NCBI GenBank assembly: GCA_951804945.1
Contig: OX638158.1
Location: 38,068,001-38,132,000, forward strand
DNA length: 64,000 bases
Reading direction: 5' to 3'
Source of the DNA: Podarcis cretensis
Lineage: Eukaryota
Under the pieces are notes generated by a model. The model saw only the letters and a list, made by a program, of their open reading frames with translations. It had not been told where the DNA came from and did not search any database. Positions 1 through 13,316 of the stretch are shown in pieces (the first letter of the stretch is position 1; each line of letters begins with the position of its first letter). A program made the position numbers and the translations under genes.

Positions 1-3000
1 TCTTCTTTAGCTTCCAAGTTCTAGGAACTTGGCTCCTTTAAAAATATTTCATCCTAAGGGGGCTTATTGTTCAGGAGAGAACTGAGGAAAAGAAAGATGC
101 CATTCAAGTAGATAATTTATGTGTCTGCTGCCAAGCAGAGACAACAGGAAAAAGGAAATGTTAAAAGAAAATAAACATAAGAACAAGGAAGGGATGGTTA
201 GGTCCAGCAGGAGAAAGAGACTAGAAAGGGAGTGCAATTTGAGGAGTAATCTGTACTTATTTTCATTTTTGAGCTGAGCCTCAAAATGTTCCTCAAGCTT
301 CTGAAATATAGTATTTATATTTTTCTTTGGGGTTAGCGTATCAGTCTCTTTTGAGAAACGTGTCCATGTTTGCCTGTAGCTGTTGAAAGATTCCCATGTC
401 TATAAAAATCTTAAAGTGGAAACATTTTTATTAGCTCTGATTCAAACTCCAGAGCTGAATAAGTAAGCTGAGCTACCTGCCTGAAAATGAAGATGTATGG
501 GAATTCCCTTTCAAATGCTTGAACCAACCCTAGAATAGCAGAAGAGGGAATTGTAGTTCTAGGCAGGAGTGTAAGTCTGAAAACAAGACAAGTCATATGA
601 GACATAACAGAGCAATGTAAGACATCCTCCTTCACACAGGTGGGGAAAGGGGTGTTTCTATTTGCAGTCCACATTTAATAAGATGCAAATTGCACTTACT
701 GACACATGTATCATTGTGACACATGTACTATACTCAACTCATGTGTCTGTACTCTTATGATAGTATTTATTTATCACATTTATATACTGCCCATATAACT
801 AAGTTGTTTGCAGCATCTTATGTATAAGATGTATAATGCATTTTTATTATACAATCCAAAGTTTAAAACAATAAAACCAGCAGTAGAGAAAAGCCAGCAT
901 AAACAGAGCAGCATAAATGCAAACCACCATAAAACCAGCCAGGGCGAAGAACTTGGTACAGTTATTTAAAAGTGCCAAACAAATATGCCTATTATAAAGG
1001 TGTGATAAAATAAAATTAAAAAGGCTTCACCTTTTCCTTTTTACTATTCCTTGCACCCTTCTTGGCAAAAGTCATCCCAGAGGGCAACAAAGACATTTTC
1101 CATTCCAAAACTAGGCCTGAAACCCAACTCAATTAGAGAAAACCCAACTCAAATAGAAAATCAGCGTTATCCATGAGATCTAGAACTACTTAGCAATCGC
1201 CCAGTAAAATACCATACTTAGGAAGGGGATATTTGTGACCATCTTGGACCTGTTAATAGGTCTAGGCTAGTTGTTTGTTTTTCAAGACAATCTAATTAAC
1301 ATCTCTTTTAAAGTGCCTGGGACTGTTTCTTCTTGCAATGAGGAATTCATAGCCTACTGGATCCAGATAGACATTTGATATAATACGGCAAGATATGCAA
1401 GGGTCAAGCACATGTGATTGGATGAAGTCAGTCTTCCCTACTAAAGTTTAAGTGCCAGTAAAATAGGACATTTAACATAGACTCAGGTAGCATTTTCCAT
1501 TACTTTCATAGAAGTAATCCTTAGCATAATGTGATAAAATTAAAAAGCAAGGATATCAAGAGAAGCATCCAAGAGAAAATTGCTAAGCAGCAAAAGTAAG
1601 GGAATGACTACCCCTCCTTTAGAATCCTTGAAATTAAATTTGAACTAGGGCAATGGACCAGCGGGGGGGGGGGGAGGATGTCAAAGTCTCTTAGATGGTA
1701 CATGTTTAAATTATTTAAAAAGAATGAAAATTCCTGTGTAATCATTCTGATTAAAAGGCATATTTAAACATGATGATTTTCTCTTCCTTGAAAATTTTCA
1801 AGACTAAATAATAGCAGAAGGGGGTAAAGCTAAAAAGCTGACATAATGAGAGAAAAATGTTTTCAGCTGTGATGGTATAAGAGATTGATTGTAGCAGGGG
1901 GGAAATGAAAGAGAATCAGCATACACAACTCCTATCAGCCTTGACAAAAATACTACATGGTGATCCTACATGCATGTATACAGGCTGGGAAGCAATTGAC
2001 TATAGCTTCCCAGGTCATGTTACACTATGTGGACAATCACGTCAAAAAGGATGCTTAGAATTGTGGGTTGGTTTTTAAATAATGCATTAGAAAATGCCAA
2101 ATTGGTAATATCATGTATTTGTACACATCTGTCAACAGTGCAAAAGTTCATTTACTTTCCATGGTTGAACGACTGCTGAAGGTTTTTATCAGAGGAAGGA
2201 GATGAGGATGCAGCTCATTTTCAGGAAGATAGGTGTGCAGAAATCAGTGGATCCTCATGGGAGGATTATGCTCCTCCTGCTGCTACTTCTGTCTTGTTCA
2301 AAAATAGGCTCTTACACCTTCTCCCTCTGTTGGGGTTGAGAGGAGATAAGAGCAGGGTAAGAGGAGAAGGATCAAAGACCTTAAATTCTTTGGGGGGGGG
2401 TTAGGTCAGGTCTTACTCAGATGTAGCAAAGGGGCTTTGTTTACAGCACTTCTAGCAGCAGTTTTCTGAGCTCAAAGATTATAGGTGATTGCCTCACCTG
2501 TTTTACAAACAGAGTTTGAGTTGAAAGAGAAAATAATGTCATCGTGAGCCACTTGGGTTGGGACTAAGTGAAGATCTTTTGATCAGCTGGTTTTGATACA
2601 AAATCATTGGGAACTAGTTTACTTTGCTTTTTTTTTTGGAAGATGCAGATCCAAATAACTACTTGGGCTTCTGTTGCTAAAGGTAATGGTTAAATAATGA
2701 TTGCCGAAGGGAGAAAAATTAGCATTCATATCCATCAGCTATGGAGGCCAATATGCAGTTAAGTTCACATATACTGTATAGTGTAGGTCATGTAAACAAG
2801 GGTGTGTGTTTTCCCTGAATAATTTTCATTTTCCACAGGTATTACATTAACACAGAATTTTCTGAGGGTTTCAGGACTTTAGGTGGCTTGGGGGTTTTGC
2901 CAGGGTAAGCCAATGGGCACTTAATAGAAACCACTCAGGAAACCATTTTAAAATTGCATTCCTGTTTACCACAGAAAACACAGTAGCAGACTGCTTTGGA

Positions 3001-5412
3001 AGAAACTGTAGAATATATGCTTAGCTTAGGAAAACTGAATGGAAAGTGCATAAGATGGACATTAAAAGGTTTTTAGAATGTATTTAATACTTTATTTCCC
3101 CCCGTTATACCATTCACAGTATGCAATTTGACTTTGAAGAAACATGTACTACTGCATATCTGAGAATCCCCATACTCATGCTTATGTAGCCAAAACCACA
3201 CTACTTGTGGACAAAAGAGAGGTATTGCTAGACTTAGGGTAAACTGAAGGTATGAGAAATTTTTAGAGGAAAATATCCCAAAGGGGCAGAGACTCCCCAA
3301 AGAATTCCATAATAGCCCAATTACATTGAATTGGATTCAGTGAGAGAAAAAACATGACAACTGGATGGAAAGGAGGACTAGAATGGAGTGACTAAGAAAA
3401 GAGGACAAATACACATGTTTGTGGTAGGAGGAGCCATTTCCTTGTACAGATACGTAGTTCACTTCCTAGGTTAGGCTGAGAAGCTATATTTAAATACCAA
3501 CAGGGACGGAAGAGAGACACGGCTATATACATGAATGGGGAAATAAGAGAATTCATTGGAGCTGAAATGGTGTACATGTGTATCCCCTGGCAACCGAGCC
3601 CCTCCAAATAAATTCTAGACAGCCCAACGGGTACTGACTAAAGGCTTGGCAAACAAAGGGAGGGGGGAACAGTGTTTGTGTGAGCAGATTTAGGTGTCTG
3701 GTACCCTGAACACAACCACTTCACAATGCAACATTTTGTTGCAGGCCACCACTTAGACATTCTAGGTAAGAGTAGCAATGTTGCCTTCTTGGCAAGCATA
3801 AACAGCACCCAATCAAAAGTTTTACAAGATCCCTAAAGGCATTTCAGTTACTTCAGTTTTATTTGAGAATCCGTAAGATCATAATGAGGTCAAACTTACA
3901 AGGAAGAGTTTAAGTCCCATTGATTTCAGTAGAAAAGTCTTTATGGGGATATCTTATTTCTTCAATTATACAGTTCAGATACTTTGCTTGTCCCTACTGT
4001 TTCTATTCACATGAACTAAGTGTCTTGATGTCATGCTGTTCATGAGACCTTTCAATGGGACACTGTATTATTAATTTTATTAAATTATATACTACTGATA
4101 TATGAAAATTGCTTCTGTGAAGCAAACCTCTTTTTACTTTTTACTCCATATATGACATATAATTTCCACTGTATATTTATTTGGAGGGAGAAAATGCTTT
4201 CTTAGAACAGCAGAGGAAATAAACAAAGGGGGGGGGGGAAGTAATACATCACACGGACTATTCCTCTGCCCCATCACAATCTCACATTTCTGATTTTTCA
4301 AGTGTTGCCAAAAACAAACATTTGGAAGATAAAAAACAATTTTCTGCATTATTGAACCTAGCAACATCTTTGTCTTGTTAAGCTCTTGTTTGAGCTGTCA
4401 AATATGTAAAAGACAGAATAGTGCATGGCTTAGGATAAAACTAATGAGAAACAGATTTCCCTTGTAACCTCCAGGTCACATGTTCTCATTGTGTGAAATG
4501 GCATAGTAGCATATTGATCAGTGCTTTAAATCACCTGTCATTGGATTGATGCCCAAAAGACAGCCAGAACTATCATTTTATTGACATTCTTGTGAAGCTT
4601 AAGATTTAGCAGTCAGGAAACACATCTTTGATTCTCGTTTTTTGGAATGCTTTCTGAAGTGTTTAACTATGGAAGAGTCATGTCAGAAATTTCAGCATCC
4701 CAGTTCATTCTAGATGGAGTAAATACAAGTTCTTGCCCAAGGCACAGCCACAGAGAGGGTGAATATATGAAGGATTCATGAGGAGTGTGAAACTACATCC
4801 ATGAGTCATTATCCCTTATGTTCCATTTCCTGGTTTCTTCAGCTGAATCTGTCTGTTGAGAGATTGTATTGCCTCCTGCCTTTCAGATCAGGACTTGTTT
4901 GCTTTCAGATTTTGGTGTGAATTTGCACCATTACACCAATGCACCACAGCATGGCTGTACACCTAGCAAATTTTGATTTCTTTAGCTATGAAAAGAAATA
5001 TATGCATGTGGTATTGTGAGAGGAAATGCTTGTGGAACAAAGAGCCATTGTGGAAAGAAGTGAGAGGAACAGGCAGAAAGAAAGCAGAATAAGGTGAGAA
5101 ATGAAAGAGTGTTGGTGCACGAACACACATTTAAGTTGGCATCCCTTATACCAGCATTACTTTCTAATGTTAACATTTTTGCAGAATACTAGTGGAATCC
5201 TTGTCGTTCATCTCTCTTCCAGACCAAGCCAAGTCCCCTGAGTTGTTGCTGCCATAAAGTGATATTTCAGAAAGAGAAAAGATCATAAGAGCTGCAAAAG
5301 CTTTTATCTAAATGTAGATCTTTAACACAAATAGCCATAGTGATAAAATTAGTAACCACAAATTGAAGCTTCAGTTCTTTGTGCACTTACCTAGGAAGCA
5401 GTGAGATTTATC

Positions 5413-5416
5413 ATAA

Positions 5417-5451
<35 letters not shown>

Positions 5452-5453
5452 AT
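5413..5453 (+). repeat. (AAAT)n microsatellite, tail of an adjacent L2-type 3' fragment
   Basis: Direct tandem repeat. Confidence 0.9.
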
Positions 5454-5538
5454 GCTTATAACCCGTCAGTCTGACTGGGTTGCCCTAGTCACCATGGGCA
5501 GCTTCCAACATAATAAAAGCACAGCATTAACATGCATG

Positions 5539-6231
5539 GTCTGAAGCTCAACATCAAAAAAACGAAGATCATGGCCACTGGGCCCATCACCTCCTGGCAA
5601 ATAGAAGGGGAAGAAATGGAGGCAGTGAGAGATTTTACTTTCTTGGGCTCCATGATCACTGCAGATGGTGACAGCAGTCACGAAATTAAAAGACGCCTGC
5701 TCCTTGGGAGAAAGGCGATGGCAAACCTAGACAGCGTCTTAAAAAGCAGAGACATCACCTTGCCAACAAAGGTCCGTATAGTTAAAGCCATGGTTTTCCC
5801 AGTAGTGATGTATGGAAGTGAGAGCTGGACTATCAAGAAGGCTGATCGCCGAAGAATTGATGCTTTTGAATTATGGTGCTGGAGGAGACTCTTGAGAGTC
5901 CCATGGACTGCAAGAAGATCAAACATATCCATTCTTAAGGAAATCAGCCCTGAGTGCTCACTGGAAGGACAGGTCGTGAAGCTGAGGCTCCAATACTTTG
6001 GCCACCTCATGAGAAGAGAAGACTCCCTGGAAAAGACCCTGATGTTGGGAAAGATGGAGGGCACAAGGAGAAGGGGACGACAGAGGACGAGATGGTTGGA
6101 CAGTGTTCTCGAAGCTACAAACATGAGTCTGACCAAACTGCAGGAGGCAGTGGAAGACAGGAGTGTCTGGCATGCTCTGGTCCATGGGGTCACGAAGAGT
6201 CGGACACGACTAAACGACTAAACAACAACAT
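5539..6231 (+). mobile_element. RTE-BovB LINE, 5'-truncated
   Basis: Uninterrupted 229-aa RT C-terminal ORF (GLKLNIKKTKIM...IDAFELWCWRRLLRVPWTARRSN...HGVTKSRTRLND), (CAA)n tail, TSD catgcatg at 5531-5538 and 6232-6239. Confidence 0.95.
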
Positions 6232-7459
6232 CATGCATGCTGTTACACTGTAAGAGATATAGCTTCCTAAATGTAAAAACACTTCTATAAGCTCGTCAGT
6301 CTCTATTGTATTTTCTAAACATGCTGCAATTACTATTAAAAAATCATTTTAGAAAAGATGATATTCTCTGATATGGCCTTGATCAAAAGTAAATTGCTCA
6401 TCATGTCTGCTGCTTCAAGTGGATAAGCTGCCATATTTTTACATGGCATATGTTAGCACTTTTGCATAATGCTCCTGCTGGGTCAAGACGTCTGGAATGT
6501 GTTCCTCCCTCTAGACTTCCTCCATGAAGAAAACATCTGCCTTGATTTCCTGTGTTCTTTTGGTCTTCTTTTGATTTGTCCCAAAGTCCATTCTTGTCTA
6601 AGCTGTCTCCTTTTCAAAATGACAGATGGGAACAATGTGTTTTAGAGACACGCATCTGATTAACAGTCATTATCCTTGTCACCCTGCCTAGAGGGACAAG
6701 AACTTATATCTCATCTCATCAAGATACTGATATCCCGAAAACATTTTCTTAGCTACATAGTCACAAAAGAAGGCATTGATGGTGGCGGTTCCTGTTCTCT
6801 GCAAAGAAGAGGAATTCCAGGTTATCTATTGAAGGGGGAGGTGGGGTGTCTTTTGCCTCTTTGCTCCCTGTCTCAGGATTACAAAACTAATCAAAACCCT
6901 GTGAGGGAGGTGTATGTGAGGAGTAAAGTGAAGTAAGGTGGCATGCTTCACTGGTGCCTAGCCTGCATTAGAAGAGGTTGGACCAGAAAACATTCAAGGT
7001 TCCTTGAAGCTGTACCATTTTATGTGGATGGTATTGGAATGTGGAACTGTAGCTTCTGCAATGTGGAACTGTAGCTTCTGTTGCATGGTGTGTTCTCTCT
7101 TTTATTTCAACATCGCTTCCCTAATCACTGCAACTTGAGTGACCTTAGGTTTAATTTTTAATAACAGTGAATTATTTTCTATCAGTCAAAACACGAGATA
7201 CACAAACACACAGACACCCCTCCTCACCACTCAAGCTCTGTCAGCTTAGTTTTGATTCTTAGAAATGAAAGGAGAGGAGGAAAGTTTATGTGTTTAACTT
7301 CTTGGGGGAAAATAGACCTCAGGAAAAACTTGGAAGCTTAGTAGGTCCCTGATCTTCCTTGTTAATAATGTGATCTGGTCAGGAACATGGAATCATGACT
7401 GGAATAACCCCAATTCACCTTATTCAGCACGCACACAGAACTTACGCAGACCCCTAATT

Positions 7460-7844
7460 TTTATTTTTTTTATCACTTCATCCAAAGATCACATGGCAGT
7501 TCACAACATAAAAATATAACATTAGAACACAGAATACATAACAAAACAATCAAAAGCAAACCAGTAAGCAGCCTCCCACAAACATATTTAAAGGGCCATG
7601 TAATGTTGATCAGCCAAAGGCCTGGTAACAGAGAAATGTTTTCTCCCAACAGCTGAAGATATGTAATAACGGTGCCAGGCAAGTTTCCCTGGGGAGAGCA
7701 TTCCACTAATGTGGAGCCACCACAGAAAAGTTCTGTTTTTGTTGTGCCATCTTCAGGCCCTCATGAAAGAAGCACACCAAGAAAGGCCTCAGATGATGAT
7801 TACAGGGTCAGGGTTGGTTCATATGGGGAGAGGCGGTCTAGGTT
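7460..7844 (-). mobile_element. L2 LINE 3' fragment (old)
   Basis: Antisense L2 3' motifs (ggggagagcattccac...ggagccaccacagaaaag); interrupted by an L1. Confidence 0.6.
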
Positions 7845-8318
7845 CTGTTTTTTTAAAAAATACTTTTTTATTCAAAATTAAAACAAAACATATTATCCAG
7901 AAACATATCATCCTTATTTTCCCCCTTTTTTCCTCCCTCCCCCCACAGAACCCACCCACCCTCCCTCCCCCCATAGAATCCACCCCCCAACTTCCCCCTG
8001 TTCCAGTCTTTGATTTCTCTAAGGATGTTGTTTTCTGCATGTTACACGGTTGTATAGATCCTCAAACTATTTAGGTAATAATTATCAATAAAAAGTTTGT
8101 GAATGTTTATTCAAAACCAGCCAAGGAGTCCAGTTTGCTTTGTTGCATCTTCAAATACTTTGTAAAGAGTTCCCATTCGTCTTTAAAGTCACAGTTATCC
8201 TTGTCCCGTAGCTTGTATTTGTTTTGCCAGTTCTGCATAGTCCATCAATTTTTCTTGGGGTTTCTTCAGTCTTCCATCCTTGTGCTATTAAAACTCTCGC
8301 GGCCGTTGTCGCATACAT
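7845..8318 (-). mobile_element. L1 LINE 3' fragment
   Basis: Minus-strand MYATTAARVLIAQGWKTEE...KLMDYAELAK (L1 ORF2 C-terminus), A-rich tail; 17-bp TSD gagaggc(g/a)gtctaggtt at 7828-7844 and 8319-8335. Confidence 0.85.
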
Positions 8319-8334
8319 GAGAGGCAGTCTAGGT

Positions 8335-9193
8335 TGTGGTTCGAGGACCCGATCCCTGCGTAGTGAAATGAAGACACGAGGACAAGTAATATAAGGTTAA
8401 TGGGCAAGAAAAGGCCACAACTTTATTGATTACAGCAAGTGAAAAGGTATTGGCTTAGGCATTGGATCACGTGACTTGACTCCACCCACTCGGAAAGGGG
8501 TGAGTCTGAAAAGGGGGGGGGTTATTCACCAGTAGGTGGAGCCCGTTGATGCTAATCCAACTATAAGCTCTCCCCTGATGTCACCGAGGGTCGTGCCATG
8601 GCCCCCCGCCACACAGGCATCGGACAGGATCCCTTTAACGGAATATCCAAATACGCCGGATTCCTTTAACGGAATACCCAAAAATTGAAGGCGTAGGCGA
8701 TGGCCACACCTAGCCCGATGGCCACACCTAGCTACGAGGTAGGCGAAAAAACCACAAAGCCTAATGCCAAATGGAAAAATTCCTACCAGGCCCCCCAGCC
8801 ATCCAGGGCAACCAACCTAAGATCCATAGCAAGGCCAAAAGAGAAATTGGAACCCTGAGCCCTAAGGGAGTGGAGGGTGGGTGACTCGCGACGGGACGAC
8901 GAAAAGTGAGGCCACGTGGCTAGCGCAGCAACAAGTTAAGTTGCTGTCCATGCTCCCTTCTAGCCGCCTGGTTGGCCGCCTGCCCGTGGGCGTGGTGCGC
9001 CAGCCAGGTGAGTGGGCGGCAGGGGGCTAATGCCCCCTGCTTGAGGCTGGGATCGGATCCCGCCCACAATCCCTCCCCTCTCTTGAAGGAGGAGAGTCTT
9101 TCTTAACCAAGTTCTTTGTATTTGCAGCTTTGCAGGCACTGTTTTGGTTCTTTGCTGAAATTCTGAACAATGGTTGCCCCCATAAACACACAT
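8335..9193 (-). mobile_element. ERV/LTR element: 3' LTR (8335-9068) plus polypurine tract and short internal stub
   Basis: TG...CA ends with imperfect inverted termini; minus-strand caataaagttgtggcc polyA signal; PPT aagagaggggaggg+at immediately before the LTR; CpG-rich. Confidence 0.75.
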
Positions 9194-10129
9194 GGGAAAT
9201 GTTCATTCAAACAGTTGGGGGGGGGATTAAAAAACAACAAGCCAGCAAATGATTTATTAACTCAGTCCTTCACTCAATTTATTTCAGTATATTGAGAATA
9301 CAGAAAGTTTTACAATTCCATTTAAAAAAAACAGCCCACCAACAACAACCATTTGGATTTTATTTTATTTTTGCAATATGTTACTAATTTATATACTCTG
9401 TTGCCAGCTTTCTCCAGAGAAAACAATCTAGCATGTATGAGAAAGAAAGCTTTACTGAAAAGAAAAATTAAAGTGAATTTTAAAGAAGAGTGGGTTAATG
9501 TACGATTCTATAAATTTGTAGAGTTATGGAGCAGAAAATAAGCTGATATTGTTGTGTTCCAGGGAGTATGTGCCATCTACTGGTAAAATAGGATTCTGAA
9601 ACTATTTCCAATCTGTGTTGGATACTTACTACGTAAACTAAAGAGCTATTCTAAGTCTCCCAAACATGTAGGTATACAAAGTGGGATGCTTTTGTCAGAA
9701 ACCACACATTTAATCTTGTAGGGTGACCCCTGCCCAATATCTTAAGGTGTCAAGCTTCATGAAAACTGCAGGTTATCTGCCAAGTTTGGGTTGCAAAGAT
9801 AAATTGGTTTTTAAGTATGTGAACCTAGAGTGGTTGGTTACAGCAGCAAGATGGTGAATGATATATCCTGCTGTAAAAAGTACTAATTTGTATGTGATAT
9901 GGATATTTTACATTTCCTCTGAGACAACAGAAAAAGTCTTCCCACCACACATTCTGCCTGCATTTAGTGAATAATGCTTTCTTACTGACACATTCTTGCT
10001 CCAACCTCACCAGAGACTCCCAAGCCTTTAATATAAGTCCAGGTAACTTGAATATATGGCAAATTATAATAAAAATCGACATTGCATACCGATACCACAT
10101 TACTGCTTTAATATGTGTGTGTCTCCTAG

Positions 10130-10283
10130 GTAGAGATTGGAACAGTAGTACCATCTGTAACTCGAGAGATTTATTTACCTTCTCCACTGCCAGAAGAACC
10201 CGAAGAAGAAGCATCCACACCTAAGCTTATTGATGGCTCTTCACCTCATGGACCAGGAGTTCTTGGTCCCCATACACATGAAG
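10130..10283 (+). CDS. EPYC: Epiphycan coding exon 3 (VEIGTVVPSVTRE...IDGSSPHGPGVLGPHTHE)
   Basis: ctcctag acceptor, gtttgt donor, 154 nt (phase 0 to 1); matches the epiphycan N-terminal region (STPKLIDGSSP...GVLGPHT) and splices in frame to the next exon. Confidence 0.9.
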
Positions 10284-10913
10284 GTTTGTAAGAGAGAGTT
10301 GAGGGACATGATTTTGGCTTTCTGCTTAGTCTAGATTTGGGCCTATAATTCCACACAAGCTAAGGAGCCTTTTCATCAGGGAATATGTAATGCAGTTTTC
10401 TATACAGGTTTGCAGTATGCAGACTTGCCTCTTTACCATCTAGACTTCTTAAATTATCTAGTGATGAGGGGATGGGGGAGGCACCGTTGCGCTGCTATAA
10501 CTACCACCAGTAGATGGAAAGAAGTATGGGAATGAATCTGTGTTCTTCCCACAGTAGTTACCAGGTTTATGAGTGTGTGGACATTCAAGAGTGACAGATA
10601 AATTGGGTAATCTAATCTATTTTCTTCCAGTTTTGAAAAGCAAATTGCTGATTTTGTGTTATTTTACCAGTTATGGTAGAAGCTGAGCTGAGTTGAGCCA
10701 AGCAGTGAGATGTCAGTTGCTAAAGAAAAGGAAATAACTAAAGCCTCCTCCCCAGAACACAACATTGATCCCTCCTATAAGTCAAACAAGCCTTAAAGCT
10801 TGGTTGTATGTTAATTAAAATAATGTCACTAACTTTTAGGTTAATTAGTATAATTATACTAGTACTTCCTCCCTGGGCAATGTGGTTGAGAGTGTGGTGA
10901 CTAAATAGCTGCA

Positions 10914-11151
10914 GGGACGGGGTGAGCTCCGTTGTTCGGTCCTAGCTCCTGCCAATCTAGCAGTTCGAAAGCACATAAAAGTGCAAGTAGATAAATAGAT
11001 ATCACTCTGGTTCGCCAGAAGCAGCTTAGTCATGCTGGCCACATGACCCGGAAGCTGTGCGCCGGCTCCCTCGGCCAGTAAAGCGAGATGAGCGCCACAA
11101 CCCCAGAGTCAGCCACCACTGGACCTAATGGTCAGGGGTCCCTTTACCTTT
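10914..11151 (+). mobile_element. Sauria SINE, internally deleted
   Basis: ctagcagttcgaaagcac...catgctggccacatgacccggaag...ggggtccctttaccttt. Confidence 0.9.
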
Positions 11152-12698
11152 TAGACTTGTAAGAAACAGATTCTAGTCTGGTTTCAGGCCCAGAACAATT
11201 TGGCCCTTTCCATGTAACCTCCTTAGTCCCACTCACATGACCTTATTGGTCCCCGCCTACATAACCTCATTGACCACAGGTTGCCTCACACCAGGTTCAG
11301 GGGCGACCAGTCACTGCTCAGGAACAGCAAGGGAAAAGAGACGAGCAGAAGCAAGGGCAGTGGAGTAAATGGGGCTTTAGGTCTTGAGCAACATGGAGGT
11401 GGGAGGCCCTGAATTCCTTACTTCTGGAAAACACTCCAAATCCCACTAAAAAGAATCCAGTAACGTTAACCAGTAATGTTAAATATTGCTTTCCAGTCTA
11501 TTCTAAACACCCACATTAACAGCATTAGACATATAAAATGGCGTCATTTTGCACTATTATGTTCTATTTTCTACAAATATTTGTGATGTTTCTCAATCCC
11601 ACCTCCTTTTTCAGAAGGCAATAGGGAAATGCAGAGCTCTTCCCAATTACATCCACACACCTGTTAATGAAGCCCTTTCATAAATTGGTTTAAATGCTTT
11701 AGATCATTTTCTTATGTTCATTCAGCAGTAGTTTGATGTTTTATTTAATAATCTACAGCTTTCAAGCAGTTTTTCCTCAAGGGTTGGTTGAAGCCTTTCC
11801 TGATGTCATTGTTCTGCATGAAAGATGCTAATTAAAAACAATTCTAAGGAAATTGAGGTCTCATTGGGGGGGGGACCAATTTCCTCAAATATCAAAAAAG
11901 CATGCTGGATACCAAACTAAATGTATGCAGGTTTATTAAGTTTTAAAGGGAAGACACAGATCCTGGAGGTAGAATATAAAATGAAGATATCTTCCTGACT
12001 ATGGCTTGAGAAATCTAGTAGGGACAAAATGCTCCATTATTCATAAGAGTATTTCCTATAAAACATTACAGATGTAGTGAATCACTCGGATTATTCAAGC
12101 AGCAATTTTCATATCCAGACCAATCTAATATACAAGGGAATCCACTGGATTTGATTACACTGAGTCTTTGAAAGCTGTTGGTTTTGAACAGCCACATAGC
12201 CTCCAAGAATAAATCCACTTAATAACTTCTTGTGTGTTTGTTTCATTTAATTGTAAATTTACAAAAGCGTGGTTTGCAACTTTTAAAATAAATATTAACG
12301 GCAAAAAAATGGAGCATTGATATTGTACACATCTTTGCATGTGCACCTAGTTGTGAATGGCGTAACACAAAGTGCATGAAATATTCAATATAATGTTTCC
12401 CAATATCTGAAAAATATCACTATGCATTACTCCACAAATTGTGTAAATGTGGAACTTTTTATTCTGCTACACTAAGAGGAAAGTTATTCATGAGGAGGAA
12501 AGTTATTCATGAGAACACATGAGCCTAAGCCTAGAACAACTAGAATAAAAGGAGCCAAATGCTTTTCAAAATCTCAAACAAAACCATAAACTGGTTCAGC
12601 AAGATACTTAGACCGTGTGGCTCTGTAGGATGGTATGGCTCTGTGTGAATTTTTACAAGTGTATAGCTAAGTGAATGGTTTCTTCTTTCATGTTTTAG

Positions 12699-12857
12699 GC
12701 CTCCCAACTTGTCTTCTGTGTATGTGCCTAAGTACTTCTGTCTACTGTGATGATCGTGAACTCGAAGATCTTCCCCCCTTGCCGAAGGAAACCACACATT
12801 TCTACTCTCGCTATAACAGAATCAAAAGGGTCAACAGGGATGACTTTGCTAACCTAA
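12699..12857 (+). CDS. EPYC: Epiphycan exon 4 (class III SLRP cysteine cap CX2CXCX6C and first LRR)
   Basis: ttttag / gtatgg splice sites, 159 nt; GLPTCLLCMCLSTSVYCDDRELEDLPPLPKETTHFYSRYNRIKRVNRDDFANL. Confidence 0.96.
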
Positions 12858-13113
12858 GTATGGATAACTTTAGTATTGTTTAATACACTTTATTTTATTG
12901 CATGCTATGCAAAGTACTTTCTCATACTGAAAGATAAGTGCATAGTAGCATACATCTTCTGGACATAACATCATATTGTGAACTATAATTTGGAACTATT
13001 TGCATCCAAAGAATAGTGATTGTCTGTCCTCCCCACCCCCACCCCTGGTGTTGGTCTTTAAAAGCAGGCAGAAAGGCAGTAATTATTTTCCCTGCTTTGG
13101 TGTCCCTGACTAG

Positions 13114-13316
13114 GCAACTTAAAAAGGATTGACTTGACTTCAAATTTTATATCTGAAATTGATGAAGATGCCTTCAGGAAACTACCACAACTTCAGGAAC
13201 TGATACTTCGAGATAACAAGATAAGGCAGCTTCCAGAATTACCACCAACCTTGATATTCATTGATATTAGTAACAACAGGCTTGGTCGCAAAGGAATCAG
13301 ACAAGAAGCATTTAAA
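13114..13316 (+). CDS. EPYC: Epiphycan exon 5 (LRRs)
   Basis: gactag / gtgagt, 203 nt; NLKRIDLTSNFISEIDEDAFRKLPQLQELILRDNKIRQLPELP...GIRQEAFK. Confidence 0.97.

Noticed and set aside
3721-3742. Paired SOX9-like site acaatg-caaca-ttttgt in EPYC intron 2
   Set aside because: The second half-site is imperfect, and such matches are expected by chance in AT-rich DNA.
7039-7080. Short perfect tandem duplications (22 bp here, 19 bp at ~12476-12513)
   Set aside because: Ordinary slippage duplications with no spacers or array structure; not CRISPR-like.
7828-8335. Including this L1 in the GAA-target tally
   Set aside because: The TSD boundary overlaps the LTR terminus, so the original cleavage site is ambiguous.
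1-10129. First coding exon of EPYC, including ATG AAA ACT GCA at ~9759
   Set aside because: The 9759 frame has no signal peptide or YD-rich segment and ends in a stop; no other candidate was found, so the exon is probably upstream of the window.
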